From an uncultured bacterium (GTDB taxonomy: Bacteria; Omnitrophota; Omnitrophia; Omnitrophales; Aquincolibacteriaceae), in the NCBI GenBank assembly GCA_964562525.1, contig CAZLTL010000011.1, positions 9,780-73,779 on the forward strand: 64,000 nt of DNA, written 5' to 3'. The notes below the pieces were generated by a model. The model saw nothing but the letters and a program-made list of their open reading frames with translations. It was not told the origin of the DNA and did no database searches. Numbering within the stretch: position 1 is the stretch's first letter; each line of letters starts with the position of its first letter. This document shows positions 1 through 9,145 of this stretch, one piece after another. Both the position numbers and the translations under genes were made by a program.

Positions 1-19
1 AGCAAACGGTGGAAATGGT

Positions 20-1300
20 ATGAAAGTATTAGTCATCGGCTCCGGAGCGCGTGAGCACGCGCTGGTTTGGAAAATGAAGCAAAGCCCTCTTGTGACCAAG
101 ATTTTTGCGGCGCCTGGTAACGCCGGAATCGCGGGGTTGGCGGAATGTGTGTCAATTAAAGCGGAAGATATTCAAGGACTGCTTGATTTTGCGGTTCGCG
201 AATCGATTGGTTTGACCGTTGTTGGGCCTGAAGTTCCGTTAACTTTGGGAATTCAGAATTTATTTGAGTCAAAAGGTTTGAAAGTGTTCGGGCCTTCAAA
301 AGAAGCCGCTTTACTTGAAGGCAGTAAAGTTTTCTCAAAACAAATGATGACCAAGTTCGGCATTCCGACCGCGGAGTATGAAGTTTTTTCGAATGTCAAA
401 GAAGCGAAGCACTATGTGATCGAAACCGAAATGCCGGTTGTTATTAAGGCTGACGGTTTGGCAGCAGGTAAGGGCGTTGTCATTTGTGAAACGGCAGAGC
501 AGGCTGTGACAGCCTTGACGCAAATCATGGAGCAAAAAATATTCGGCGATGCCGGCAATAAAGTGATTATCGAAGAAAAATTGGAAGGCGAAGAAATTTC
601 CGTTTTTGCTTTAACTGACGGTGAAACCATTTTACCTTTGGTTAGCGCGCGTGATCATAAGCGTGCTTATGATAATGACCAAGGTGCCAATACGGGTGGT
701 ATGGGTGCTTTTTCTCCGAATCCGCAGTTTTCCGATGCCGAAATTCAGGATATGGTCAAGATTGCGATCGAGCCTTTGGTGCGCGGGATGAAAAAAGAAG
801 GTAAGCCTTTTCGTGGTGTGGTTTTTGCCGGAATTATGATGACAGCTAAAGGGCCTTACGTATTGGAATACAACGCGCGGTTTGGCGACCCCGAAACCGA
901 AGTGATTTTGCCGCGTTTAAAGTCAGACATTGTCCCTTTGTTTATGCAAATTGCCGAAGGAAAGCTTCAGCAGAATCGACTGGATTGGGATAGCCGTCCT
1001 TGTATGACTGTGGTCATGGTGTCGGGAGGCTATCCATCGAGCTATGCCAAAGGGCATGTTATTTCCGGTCTTGAAGCCGCTTCCGCGCGCAAAGATGTTT
1101 TTGTTTTTCACGCCGGAACGGAATTTAACGCCATGAAGCAAATCGTGAGTGCCGGCGGACGGGTTTTGGCTGTGACGGCATGGGGCGATTCCATGCGCCA
1201 GGCATTTGAACGCGCGTATCAAGCGGTTTCCGATATTTCATTTAAAGATTGTTATTATCGCCGCGACATCGGCAAGAAAACAGTTGAGGTTTTGAGATAG
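20..1300 (+). CDS. purD: phosphoribosylamine--glycine ligase (GAR synthetase)
   Basis: 426 aa; N-term MKVLVIGSGAREHAL typical of PurD; ATP-grasp fold motifs; full-length. Confidence 0.9.
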   Translation: MKVLVIGSGAREHALVWKMKQSPLVTKIFAAPGNAGIAGLAECVSIKAEDIQGLLDFAVRESIGLTVVGPEVPLTLGIQNLFESKGLKVFGPSKEAALLEGSKVFSKQMMTKFGIPTAEYEVFSNVKEAKHYVIETEMPVVIKADGLAAGKGVVICETAEQAVTALTQIMEQKIFGDAGNKVIIEEKLEGEEISVFALTDGETILPLVSARDHKRAYDNDQGANTGGMGAFSPNPQFSDAEIQDMVKIAIEPLVRGMKKEGKPFRGVVFAGIMMTAKGPYVLEYNARFGDPETEVILPRLKSDIVPLFMQIAEGKLQQNRLDWDSRPCMTVVMVSGGYPSSYAKGHVISGLEAASARKDVFVFHAGTEFNAMKQIVSAGGRVLAVTAWGDSMRQAFERAYQAVSDISFKDCYYRRDIGKKTVEVLR

Positions 1301-1759
1301 ATGTCACAGACGACCGCACTGAAAAAAATTTTAGTGGTTTGCACCGGCAATACTTGCCGTTCGCCGATGGCAGAGGCTTTATTTAAGCAAGAAGTCGCCA
1401 AAAAAGGCTGGCATGGCAGAGTGGAAGTATCCTCCTGCGGAATTGGAACGCGCGACGGAATCCCCGCGGCGTCGGAGGCGGTTTTTGTGATGCGCAACCG
1501 TGAAGTGGATATTAGCGGGCACCGCAGCCGGCAGTTGAAGCCTGAGTTTTTGTCGGAAGCATCTGTGATTGTAGCGATGAATCCGTCGCATTCTGAATCT
1601 TTATTGGCGGAGCATCCGGAAGTGAAGTCGAAACTGGTGACGTTTAACGTTGCGGATCCGATCGGAATGAGTATCCGGGTTTATGAAGAGACGATTCAGC
1701 TTATTCAGGCTGAAATGGGGAAGCGTTGGCCGGAAATTACCAGGAAGCTGGGGATCTAA
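1301..1759 (+). CDS. low-molecular-weight protein tyrosine/arginine phosphatase (YwlE-like)
   Basis: 152 aa; P-loop CTGNTCRS (CX5R) near N-terminus; ptp-rpiB-glyA order conserved as in Bacillus ywlE-ywlF-glyA. Confidence 0.8.
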   Translation: MSQTTALKKILVVCTGNTCRSPMAEALFKQEVAKKGWHGRVEVSSCGIGTRDGIPAASEAVFVMRNREVDISGHRSRQLKPEFLSEASVIVAMNPSHSESLLAEHPEVKSKLVTFNVADPIGMSIRVYEETIQLIQAEMGKRWPEITRKLGI

Positions 1760-2221
1760 ATGCAGATTAAGAAAGTATCCATCGCCAGTGATCATCGTGG
1801 AATTGAAATTAAGTCTGAAATCGCGGCTTATCTTAGACAAAAGGGAATTGAAGTTGTGGACTTTGGCACAAATTCATCTGAGTCCTGTGACTATCCTGAT
1901 TTTATGTTTCCCGCGGCGGAAGCGCTTGGAAAGGGTGACTGCCAGCGTGCAGTAGGAATTTGTTATACCGGTATCGGCAGTGTTATTGCGGCGAATAAAG
2001 TGAAAGGCGTTCGGGCGGCGCTGGTGGAAGATGTGGCGCGTGCGAAGTTGACGCGTCAGCATAACGATTCCAATATGTTGATTTTAGCATCCGGGTTTCA
2101 TTCGAATATTGAATTAATGGATATTGTAAAGGCTTGGTTTGATACCGAGTTTGAAGGAGGACGGCATGAGCAGCGTGTTGGCAAAATCAAATCCTATGAA
2201 TCAAAAAATGCATGCATTTGA
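1760..2221 (+). CDS. rpiB: ribose-5-phosphate isomerase B (RpiB/LacAB family)
   Basis: 153 aa; ASDHRG ... [15 protein letters not shown] motifs of RpiB. Confidence 0.8.
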   Translation: MQIKKVSIASDHRGIEIKSEIAAYLRQKGIEVVDFGTNSSESCDYPDFMFPAAEALGKGDCQRAVGICYTGIGSVIAANKVKGVRAALVEDVARAKLTRQHNDSNMLILASGFHSNIELMDIVKAWFDTEFEGGRHEQRVGKIKSYESKNACI

Positions 2222-3464
2222 AAATTTAAAAGCCGGAGATCCCGAGATCTTCAAAAGTATGGTGAGCGAACTGCGCCGCCAGAATGAAGGGCTTGAGCTG
2301 ATTGCCAGCGAGAACTTCACATCACTCGCGGTTATGGAAGCCGCGGGTTCGGTTCTGACCAATAAATACGCCGAAGGTTATCCCGCAAAACGCTATTACG
2401 GCGGCTGCGACTTTGTGGATGTCGCGGAATCTCTCGCGATTGAGCGCGCTAAAAAACTTTTTGGCGCAGAGCATGCTAACGTTCAGCCGCATAGCGGCGC
2501 GTCGGCGAACACAGCTGTATTTTTGGCGATTTTGAACCCCGGCGATAAAATTCTTGGAATGAATTTGGCGCATGGCGGTCATTTAACGCATGGGCATCCG
2601 CTTAATTTTTCCGGTAAGTTTTATCAGATTATTCCTTATGGTGTTGATCCCAAGACGGAGCAAATTGATTATGACGAGCTCGATCGTTTGGCGCGTGAGC
2701 ATAAACCCAAATTGATTTTGATGGGCGCATCCGCTTATCCGCGCGTGATTGATTTTGCGCGTGCGCGAAAAATTGCAGATGAAATCGGCGCGATGGTGAT
2801 GGTGGATATGGCGCATTTCGCGGGGCTTGTGGCCGCGGGTGTTCATCCGAGCCCTGTTCCTTATGCTGACATTGTGACGACAACGACGCATAAGACTCTG
2901 CGCGGACCGCGCGGGGGATTGATTCTTTGCCGTGAAAAATATGCCAAAGCGATTGACTCCGCCGTATTTCCAGGAATTCAGGGCGGTCCTTTAATGCATG
3001 TGATCGCAGCGAAAGCAGTTTGTTTCAAAGAAGCTTTAGAGCCTTCGTTTAAAGATTACGGTAAACAAATCGTGGCAAACGCCAAAGCGCTAAGTGAAAG
3101 TTTAAAAGAGTTGGGTTGGCGTATTGTTTCGGGCGGAACGGACAATCATTTGATGCTGGTGGATGTGAAGTCCAAAGGGTTCACGGGCAAGGTCGTTCAG
3201 GAAACCATGGATAAAGTACATATCACGGTTAATAAAAACGCGATTCCGTTCGATACAGAAAAACCGTTCGTGGCGTCGGGTGTTCGATTAGGGACCCCGG
3301 CCTTAACCACGCGGGGAATGAAAGAAGCGGAAATGAAGAAAATTGCAAAGCTGTTTGATGACACGATGAAAGATTATCAAAACGAAGCGCATTTGGCGAA
3401 AATCAAAGCCGAAGTGCGTGAACTGGCGGAACAGTTTCCGCTTTATCCGGATATTGCCAACTGA
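2166..3464 (+). CDS. glyA: serine hydroxymethyltransferase
   Basis: SHMT motifs ([17 protein letters not shown]-lysine region); start chosen at ATG 2166 preceded by GAAGGAGG 5 nt upstream; overlaps rpiB 3' end by 56 nt; alternative ATG at 2196/2208. Confidence 0.85.
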   Translation: MSSVLAKSNPMNQKMHAFENLKAGDPEIFKSMVSELRRQNEGLELIASENFTSLAVMEAAGSVLTNKYAEGYPAKRYYGGCDFVDVAESLAIERAKKLFGAEHANVQPHSGASANTAVFLAILNPGDKILGMNLAHGGHLTHGHPLNFSGKFYQIIPYGVDPKTEQIDYDELDRLAREHKPKLILMGASAYPRVIDFARARKIADEIGAMVMVDMAHFAGLVAAGVHPSPVPYADIVTTTTHKTLRGPRGGLILCREKYAKAIDSAVFPGIQGGPLMHVIAAKAVCFKEALEPSFKDYGKQIVANAKALSESLKELGWRIVSGGTDNHLMLVDVKSKGFTGKVVQETMDKVHITVNKNAIPFDTEKPFVASGVRLGTPALTTRGMKEAEMKKIAKLFDDTMKDYQNEAHLAKIKAEVRELAEQFPLYPDIAN

Positions 3465-3925
3465 TGCTTTGCCCCTACTGTAAAATCGATAACGATAAGG
3501 TTTTGGACTCGCGTTCAGTGAGTGATGGCGTTGTTATACGCCGCCGCCGTGAATGTTTGGGCTGCGGGCGTCGCTTCACGACTTATGAACGTATTGAGGA
3601 AATGCCGCTTTTCGTGATTAAGAAGGATCAGCGCCGTGAGCCTTATGAGCGGTCCAAAGCTTTGGCCGGGGTTTACAAAGCTTGCGAGAAAAGGCCGGTA
3701 TCGTTGGAGGCACAGGATAAAATCGGCGAAGAACTCGAAAAAATGATCCGGGACAAATACGATAAAGAGGTTCCGTCAAAATTAATTGGTGAGTTTGTGA
3801 TGCGGCAATTGGCAAGAATTGACCAAGTCGCTTATGTCCGTTTCGCGAGTGTTTATCGGGAATTTCAGGATGTGAGCCATTTTATGGATGAACTTAAAGG
3901 GCTGCTCGATAAATCCAAAAAATAA
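3464..3925 (+). CDS. nrdR: transcriptional repressor NrdR
   Basis: 153 aa; N-terminal zinc ribbon CPYC...CLGC followed by ATP-cone; classic NrdR N-terminus. Confidence 0.9.
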   Translation: MLCPYCKIDNDKVLDSRSVSDGVVIRRRRECLGCGRRFTTYERIEEMPLFVIKKDQRREPYERSKALAGVYKACEKRPVSLEAQDKIGEELEKMIRDKYDKEVPSKLIGEFVMRQLARIDQVAYVRFASVYREFQDVSHFMDELKGLLDKSKK

Positions 3926-3942
3926 CTTTACCAATACTCTGC

Positions 3943-3972
3943 TTGCTCAGGAGAGCGGGGTTATGGTATAAA
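3943..3972 (+). promoter_or_regulatory. putative sigma70-type promoter (TTGCTC -35, extended -10 TGgTATAAA) upstream of SWIB gene
   Basis: hexamers read by eye; SD AAAGGAGA at 4005-4012 precedes ATG 4016. Confidence 0.3.
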
Positions 3973-4015
3973 AACCTCTGTTTGTATTGTAATCATAACC
4001 AAAAAGGAGATCAAA

Positions 4016-4270
4016 ATGGCGAAAGCAAATTCCGCGTTTATGAAACCGTTGGCTGTAAGCGAAACGCTTGCCGCAGTGGTAGGTAAGGGACCGTTGGCTC
4101 GCAGTGAAGTTGTTAAGAAGCTTTGGGCGTATATCAAGAAGAATAAGCTCCAGGACGAAAAGAACAAACGCAATATCAACGCAGACGCAGCTTTGAAGGC
4201 TGTTTTCGGCGGTAAATCGGTTGTCAATATGTTTGAGATGACCAAATTGGTTTCGAAGCACCTCTCTTAA
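4016..4270 (+). CDS. SWIB/MDM2 domain-containing protein
   Basis: 84 aa; typical bacterial SWIB-domain sequence (LWAYIKKNKLQD ... NADAALKAVFG); strong SD. Confidence 0.7.
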   Translation: MAKANSAFMKPLAVSETLAAVVGKGPLARSEVVKKLWAYIKKNKLQDEKNKRNINADAALKAVFGGKSVVNMFEMTKLVSKHLS

Positions 4271-4278
4271 TTTAATTT

Positions 4279-4312
4279 GCCGGGCGGTTCGCCGCCCGGC
4301 AATTATTTTTTT
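4279..4312 (+). terminator. rho-independent terminator (GCCGGGCGG-TTCG-CCGCCCGGC + T7)
   Basis: perfect 9-bp GC stem, 4-nt loop, followed by AATTATTTTTTT. Confidence 0.7.
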
Positions 4313-5122
4313 ATGATTTTAAGATTCGTCATTATTATTAGTTTTATCCTTTCCGTGGGGGCCGCGCTGGGCTCTTTTTCCATTTTTAGTTCCTATCAAA
4401 CGGAACGACAGCTGAGGCTTGATGCCGAGAGCAAGATGTTGCAGGTTCAGGATACTGTTTCTTCTTCGAGCCAGGATGCTGAGCAGCAATTAGCTCGTAT
4501 TAGCGAATTAGAGGCCGATGTGGAACGCCTTAAAACCGAGCAAACAGCTTTAAAATCCGAAGCGGAAGCAAAGAGCGGTCTTGTTGAAGAACTTGAAGCC
4601 GAACTGACTGCCAAGAAATCTGAAATTGAATCGTTGAATCAAAAACTCAAGTCGATGAAACCGGCGGTGGTGCCGGTGAGTCAGCCTGTTACATCGCCGA
4701 CGATTCCTTCTGCGGTAAATTCAACCACTTCTGTTTCTGCGACGATTCCGGTTGTTCCCAATAAAGTCGAGCCAGCCGAAGCTCCTGTTGCTCCGGCTCC
4801 GAAAGTATCGAGCCCGTCATCGGTAACTTTGGTGAAAGAAGCTCCGACTTCATCTGCTCCTGTTTCTTCTTCAGCGCCTGAATCCGAAGCTGCCGGAGAT
4901 AACCGTATTTTGACGGTGAACCGCAAATTTAATTTTATCGTCGTGAATCTGGGCTTGAAAGACGGTTTGCGCATGGGCGATAAAGTTGAGGTTGTTCAGG
5001 GAAGCAGTCAAAAGGCGCTCGCCCAAGTTGAGAAGATCTATGACAAGTTTTCCGCCGCGACATTGTTATCGGAAGATAAAGGAAATCCCGTCCATGAAGG
5101 CGATACGGTTCGTAAGCTTTAG
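4313..5122 (+). CDS. membrane-anchored coiled-coil protein with Pro/Thr/Ser-rich linker and conserved C-terminal beta-rich domain (hypothetical)
   Basis: start moved from 4277 to ATG 4313 because 4277-4312 is the terminator hairpin; N-terminal TM, heptad-like E/A/L/K-rich region, PT-rich low complexity, C-term NRILTVNRKFNFIVVNLGLKDG. Confidence 0.45.
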   Translation: MILRFVIIISFILSVGAALGSFSIFSSYQTERQLRLDAESKMLQVQDTVSSSSQDAEQQLARISELEADVERLKTEQTALKSEAEAKSGLVEELEAELTAKKSEIESLNQKLKSMKPAVVPVSQPVTSPTIPSAVNSTTSVSATIPVVPNKVEPAEAPVAPAPKVSSPSSVTLVKEAPTSSAPVSSSAPESEAAGDNRILTVNRKFNFIVVNLGLKDGLRMGDKVEVVQGSSQKALAQVEKIYDKFSAATLLSEDKGNPVHEGDTVRKL

Positions 5123-5330
5123 TTCTCTTGTTTTTTTTGCCGCTTGTCTGGCGCATTCTCTCCCGGTCGCCGCTCAGACGGTAGCAACCTCCGTTCCCGT
5201 TTCGGATCAATTAAGCGCGATTGAAAAGCGTTTAAAGGAATCCGAACTGCGCGAGAAGCAAATCTTGGAAAACCAAGCTAAAATCTTCGACGAGCTTCAA
5301 AAGCTGCGTGTCCTCGTTCGGCGTAGTTAA
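5094..5330 (+). CDS. small secreted coiled-coil protein (hypothetical)
   Basis: internal ATG of ORF 4986..5330; signal peptide MKAIRFVSFSSLVFFAACLAHSLPVAAQ. Confidence 0.3.
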   Translation: MKAIRFVSFSSLVFFAACLAHSLPVAAQTVATSVPVSDQLSAIEKRLKESELREKQILENQAKIFDELQKLRVLVRRS

Positions 5331-5332
5331 TC

Positions 5333-6628
5333 ATGTCTGAATTGATTTTTGAAGGGGACCGCACCCTTTCCGGAACATTACAGCCTTCCGGCGATAAATC
5401 CGTATCTCACCGCGCTTTGATTTTTGGTGCTCTTGCCTCAGGTGTAAGCCGCTATGAAGGTTTTTTAGCCTCTGAAGACTGTCTGAATACCATGAAAGCT
5501 CTTCAGAATTTAGGCGTGAATATCAAGCATGATCCGGCCCAAAAAACAATTGAAGTGCATGGCGTCGGAATGAACGGATTCAAACAGCCTGAAGTGGACT
5601 TGGACATGGGAAATTCCGGAACCGCGATGCGGTTGATGCTGGGACTGCTTGCCGGGCATAAGCTGACAGCGACTCTGTTTGGTGATGAATCCCTTTCATC
5701 CCGCCCCATGAAACGAGTCACCGAGCCCTTGAAGCAAATGGGGGCGCAGATTAAAGGTAAAGATAAAGGAAATTTCTCGCCGCTTACCATTCAAGGCGGA
5801 AAATTAAACGCGATTGAATATCACAATAAACTGCGCAGCGCGCAGGTTAAATCGGCAATTCTTCTTGCAGGGCTTTATGCGGAAGGTGTAACACGCGTGA
5901 TTGAAGATGTCCCGTCTCGTGATCACACGGAGAGATTTATGGTTTCCGCTGGGGCGCGTTTTCGTCAAAACGGCGGAGTTTTGGAAGTTGAGAAAACAGA
6001 AAGCCTCAAGCCGTTATCCGGAAAAATTCCCGCGGATATTTCCTCGGCGGCTTTTTTTATTGTCGGCGCAAGCATAGCGCCCGGATCGGATGTTGTTTTT
6101 ACCAATGTTGGTTTAAATCCCACTCGCATCGGCTTAATTCATGTGCTTAAAAGAATGGGCGCTCAGATTGAAGTGACGCAGCAAAATGATGTTCCCGAAC
6201 CCATCGGAGAAATACGCGTTCGTGGCGGCAAATTGAAGGGGACACGGATTACTCGTGACGAGGTTCCTGCATTGATTGATGAAATTCCGATTTTGATGGT
6301 AGCAATGTCGGTTGCTGAAGGCGAAAGTATGGTTTCGGGCGCGGAAGAGTTACGTGTCAAAGAAACGGATCGTATCGCCGTCATGGTGGATCGTTTGAAG
6401 AAAGCGGGAGCTTCGGTCGAAGAATTGGCCGACGGATGCATCGTCAAAGGTGTTTCTTCGCTTCGAGGAGCTGAAATTGCCAGCGCGGGTGATCATCGCG
6501 TGGCCATGAGTTTTGCTATCGCAAGTCTTGTTTCGCAAGGCGCAATGCGGATCACCAATACGGATTGCATCGCGACATCTTATCCTGATTTTACCGCGCA
6601 TTTTCGGCAATTAGCTCGGCGCAGCTAA
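5333..6628 (+). CDS. aroA: 3-phosphoshikimate 1-carboxyvinyltransferase (EPSP synthase)
   Basis: 431 aa; LDMGNSGTAMRLM and other EPSPS motifs. Confidence 0.9.
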   Translation: MSELIFEGDRTLSGTLQPSGDKSVSHRALIFGALASGVSRYEGFLASEDCLNTMKALQNLGVNIKHDPAQKTIEVHGVGMNGFKQPEVDLDMGNSGTAMRLMLGLLAGHKLTATLFGDESLSSRPMKRVTEPLKQMGAQIKGKDKGNFSPLTIQGGKLNAIEYHNKLRSAQVKSAILLAGLYAEGVTRVIEDVPSRDHTERFMVSAGARFRQNGGVLEVEKTESLKPLSGKIPADISSAAFFIVGASIAPGSDVVFTNVGLNPTRIGLIHVLKRMGAQIEVTQQNDVPEPIGEIRVRGGKLKGTRITRDEVPALIDEIPILMVAMSVAEGESMVSGAEELRVKETDRIAVMVDRLKKAGASVEELADGCIVKGVSSLRGAEIASAGDHRVAMSFAIASLVSQGAMRITNTDCIATSYPDFTAHFRQLARRS

Positions 6629-6651
6629 TTAACGAAATAAGGCGTCTTTAA

Positions 6652-6680
6652 TTGACACTGCCTTAAGCACTGAATATACT
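6652..6680 (+). promoter_or_regulatory. putative sigma70 promoter for mreB operon (TTGACA-N17-TATACT)
   Basis: consensus -35 and near-consensus -10 with 17-nt spacer, 40 nt upstream of mreB ATG. Confidence 0.45.
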
Positions 6681-6720
6681 ACTCTAACTTTTTCACCCTT
6701 AAGCCGAGAGACCGTAATAT

Positions 6721-7779
6721 ATGTTTTTTCTTGATAAGCTTTTAAGTTTCTTTTCGAGTGATATCGGAATTGATCTTGGTACGGCGAATACGCTTGTCTA
6801 TGTCAAAGGACAGGGCGTGGTTCTTTGCGAGCCTTCGGTTGTTGCTATTGACAAAGTCACAGGTCAGGTTTTGCGCGTGGGTGAGGAAGCAAAGCGTATG
6901 TTGGGACGTACTCCCGGAAGCATTGTTGCTATCCGTCCGATGAAAGACGGTGTTATCGCTGACTTTGATATTACCGAAGCTATGCTGCGTCATTTTATTC
7001 AAAAAGTTCACAGAAAAAACAATCTCATCAGTCCTCGTGTTGTGATCGCGGTCCCCAGCGGAATTACGGAAGTTGAAAAACGCGCCGTGAAGGATTCCGC
7101 GGAGCGCGCCGGTGCCCGTTCTCCTGTTTACCTTGTCGAAGAACCGATTGCCGCTGCGATTGGCGTGGGGCTTCCGATTCAAGAGCCGACTGCGTCAATG
7201 ATCGTGGATATTGGCGGCGGAACGACTGAAATTGCGGTCATTTCTTTAGGCGGCGTTGTTTTCTCAAAGAGTTTAAAAGTAGGCGGCGATGAATTCGACA
7301 GCGCCGTTATTTCGCATCTTAAAAAATCTTATAATTTATTGATCGGTGAACGCACCGCGGAAGAAATTAAAATTCGCATCGGTTCCGCGTATCCGCTTGA
7401 AGAAGAAATGACAATGGATGTCAAAGGCCGCGATATTCTTGCCGGACTTCCGAAAACGATTACGATTACCAGCGAAGAAATTCGTGAAGCCTTGTCCGAG
7501 TCACTTGCTTCGATTTTAGAAGGTGTGCGCATTGCCCTTGAAAGAACGCCTCCTGAACTTTCTTCTGATTTGATTGATAAGGGTGTTATTCTAGCCGGCG
7601 GTGGCTCGTTAATCCGCGGTCTTGATAAGTTAGTTAGTGAAGAAACCGGTTTGCCGGTGCATATCGCGGATGACCCGCTCACAGCGGTTGCTTTGGGAAC
7701 AGGCCGGTATTTAACTGACTTTAACCTCCTGAAAAGTTTGGCTGTCAATCGGGGCAGTGCCAGTGCCCGCGAATATTAA
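6721..7779 (+). CDS. mreB: rod shape-determining protein MreB
   Basis: 352 aa; [15 protein letters not shown] actin-fold phosphate-1 motif. Confidence 0.9.
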   Translation: MFFLDKLLSFFSSDIGIDLGTANTLVYVKGQGVVLCEPSVVAIDKVTGQVLRVGEEAKRMLGRTPGSIVAIRPMKDGVIADFDITEAMLRHFIQKVHRKNNLISPRVVIAVPSGITEVEKRAVKDSAERAGARSPVYLVEEPIAAAIGVGLPIQEPTASMIVDIGGGTTEIAVISLGGVVFSKSLKVGGDEFDSAVISHLKKSYNLLIGERTAEEIKIRIGSAYPLEEEMTMDVKGRDILAGLPKTITITSEEIREALSESLASILEGVRIALERTPPELSSDLIDKGVILAGGGSLIRGLDKLVSEETGLPVHIADDPLTAVALGTGRYLTDFNLLKSLAVNRGSASAREY

Positions 7780-7838
7780 TTTTATTTTCAATTCCCTCGG
7801 GCGCTTAGGCGCATAATGGACCGGCGGAGGGGACTTGG

Positions 7839-8636
7839 ATGTTTAAAAGGTTTGTCGCTCTTGTTTGCTTATCCTTCGTTTTAATTGCGTTTACGTTTCA
7901 GTTTCCGCTTCTTAGATCATCTGTTTCGAATTGGTTTCAGTCTTCATCCAAGCCCATTTTGCAGGCATTTTCTTTGATGAGCGCGCAGGCTATGAATTTG
8001 CGCAGTCACTTCTACAATTATTGGGACGCGATTGAAAAGCAAAAAGAACTTGAATCCCAAATCGAGGATCAGGCTTCCCAGCTTGTGAAGCTTGCCGAAA
8101 CTCTCCGTGAAAATGAGCGGCTTCGGAATTTATTAGATTTTCGTGAAGCACTCCAGCAAAAAGCGGTCGGCGCGCGCGTTATCGGCTTTGGTTTAAAACC
8201 CTGGAAAAAATCAATTTTGCTCGATAAAGGCTCATCTCAAAAGTTAAAGCCTATGTCCGTTTTGGTCGTGCCTGCCGGATTAGTGGGGCGCGTAGTGGAT
8301 GTGGGTCCGTTAACTTCTCAAGCCATTCTTCTTACGGATCCGGATTCCCGCGTTACAGCTATGACTTTGAATAGCCGGGCGCAAGGTATGATAGAAGGGA
8401 ATGGCACGGACAAGCTTAAGCTGCGTTATTTGAATTTAGATGACCAGGTTCAGGTGGGTGAAATGGTGGTGACTTCGGGTGTGAGTGATATTTTTCCCAA
8501 GGGCTTAAGAATTGGTGTCGTGGAATCGATGGAGCGCGATGCGGATGGATTGCATTTGGCTGCTTCGGTACGTCCGGTTGTCCGGTTTTCCAAACTTGAG
8601 GAGCTGTTGTGCTTGGATCCCTCCGACTCAAAATAG
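7839..8636 (+). CDS. mreC: rod shape-determining protein MreC
   Basis: 265 aa; N-terminal TM, coiled coil, C-terminal beta domain; position after mreB. Confidence 0.75.
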   Translation: MFKRFVALVCLSFVLIAFTFQFPLLRSSVSNWFQSSSKPILQAFSLMSAQAMNLRSHFYNYWDAIEKQKELESQIEDQASQLVKLAETLRENERLRNLLDFREALQQKAVGARVIGFGLKPWKKSILLDKGSSQKLKPMSVLVVPAGLVGRVVDVGPLTSQAILLTDPDSRVTAMTLNSRAQGMIEGNGTDKLKLRYLNLDDQVQVGEMVVTSGVSDIFPKGLRIGVVESMERDADGLHLAASVRPVVRFSKLEELLCLDPSDSK

Positions 8637-9130
8637 CCTTTCTTTTTCTCAGCTTGCTGGCGCTGGACCTTTGCTTTGCGCCTGTTATTCAGATTTCCGG
8701 AGCGCGGCCCATTTTTTCTTTCTTGTTAGTTGCCTATGTTGTTTTTCAATGGGATTCTAAAAGGGTTTTACCGATTGCTGTTGCGGTGGGGTTGGCACGC
8801 GACATCCTGGGCGGAGGGGTGTTTGGAGTGGAAATGCTTGCGCTGATTTGCTGGGGATGTTTTTTAGACGGAGTCGCGCATAAGATTGAGCGGGAGTTTC
8901 CCGGAATATATTTTTCTCTGATGGCATTTTTTTGTTTTTGTGTTTTGCTGACCGCGTTTGTTTTGGACGCGCTTTTAGGGAAAGTATCTTGGTTGACCGG
9001 AGCTCATTTGAAAGTGATTCTGGGGTCTTCTTTTTACACCGCGCTTTTTCTGCCGCTTTTTTATCAAATCGCGGATTTTCTTTTTAAACCTCATGCGGAA
9101 CTGCGTCAGTATGAGCTGTTCCGATCTTAG
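8609..9130 (+). CDS. mreD: rod shape-determining protein MreD
   Basis: 173 aa polytopic membrane protein directly after mreC. Confidence 0.6.
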   Translation: MLGSLRLKIAFLFLSLLALDLCFAPVIQISGARPIFSFLLVAYVVFQWDSKRVLPIAVAVGLARDILGGGVFGVEMLALICWGCFLDGVAHKIEREFPGIYFSLMAFFCFCVLLTAFVLDALLGKVSWLTGAHLKVILGSSFYTALFLPLFYQIADFLFKPHAELRQYELFRS

Positions 9131-9145
9131 TTTGCGCCCCATTCT

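Noticed and set aside
156-630. minus-strand ORFs (60-72 aa) inside purD, and similar antisense ORFs throughout the track (e.g. 923..1222, 2322..2891, 6742..7182, 7329..7748, 10646..10975, 12913..13407, 15208..15636, 17783..18277, 25153..25851, 31932..32207, 47101..47678, 50795..51148, 52376..52738, 55591..55933)
   Set aside because: Each lies wholly inside a longer + strand gene with clear homology motifs. They have no SD or motifs of their own and are typical shadow ORFs of coding sequence.
4681-4974. 97-aa minus-strand ORF in the Pro/Thr/Ser-rich region
   Set aside because: Low-complexity region gives long open frames on both strands. The + strand frame is continuous with flanking conserved domains.
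7780-7838. GGCGCTTAGGCGC hairpin between mreB and mreC as a terminator
   Set aside because: Only a 4-5 bp GC stem and no T tract; more likely incidental.
8512-8760. 82-aa ORF spanning the mreC/mreD junction
   Set aside because: Alternative frame across two well-supported genes.
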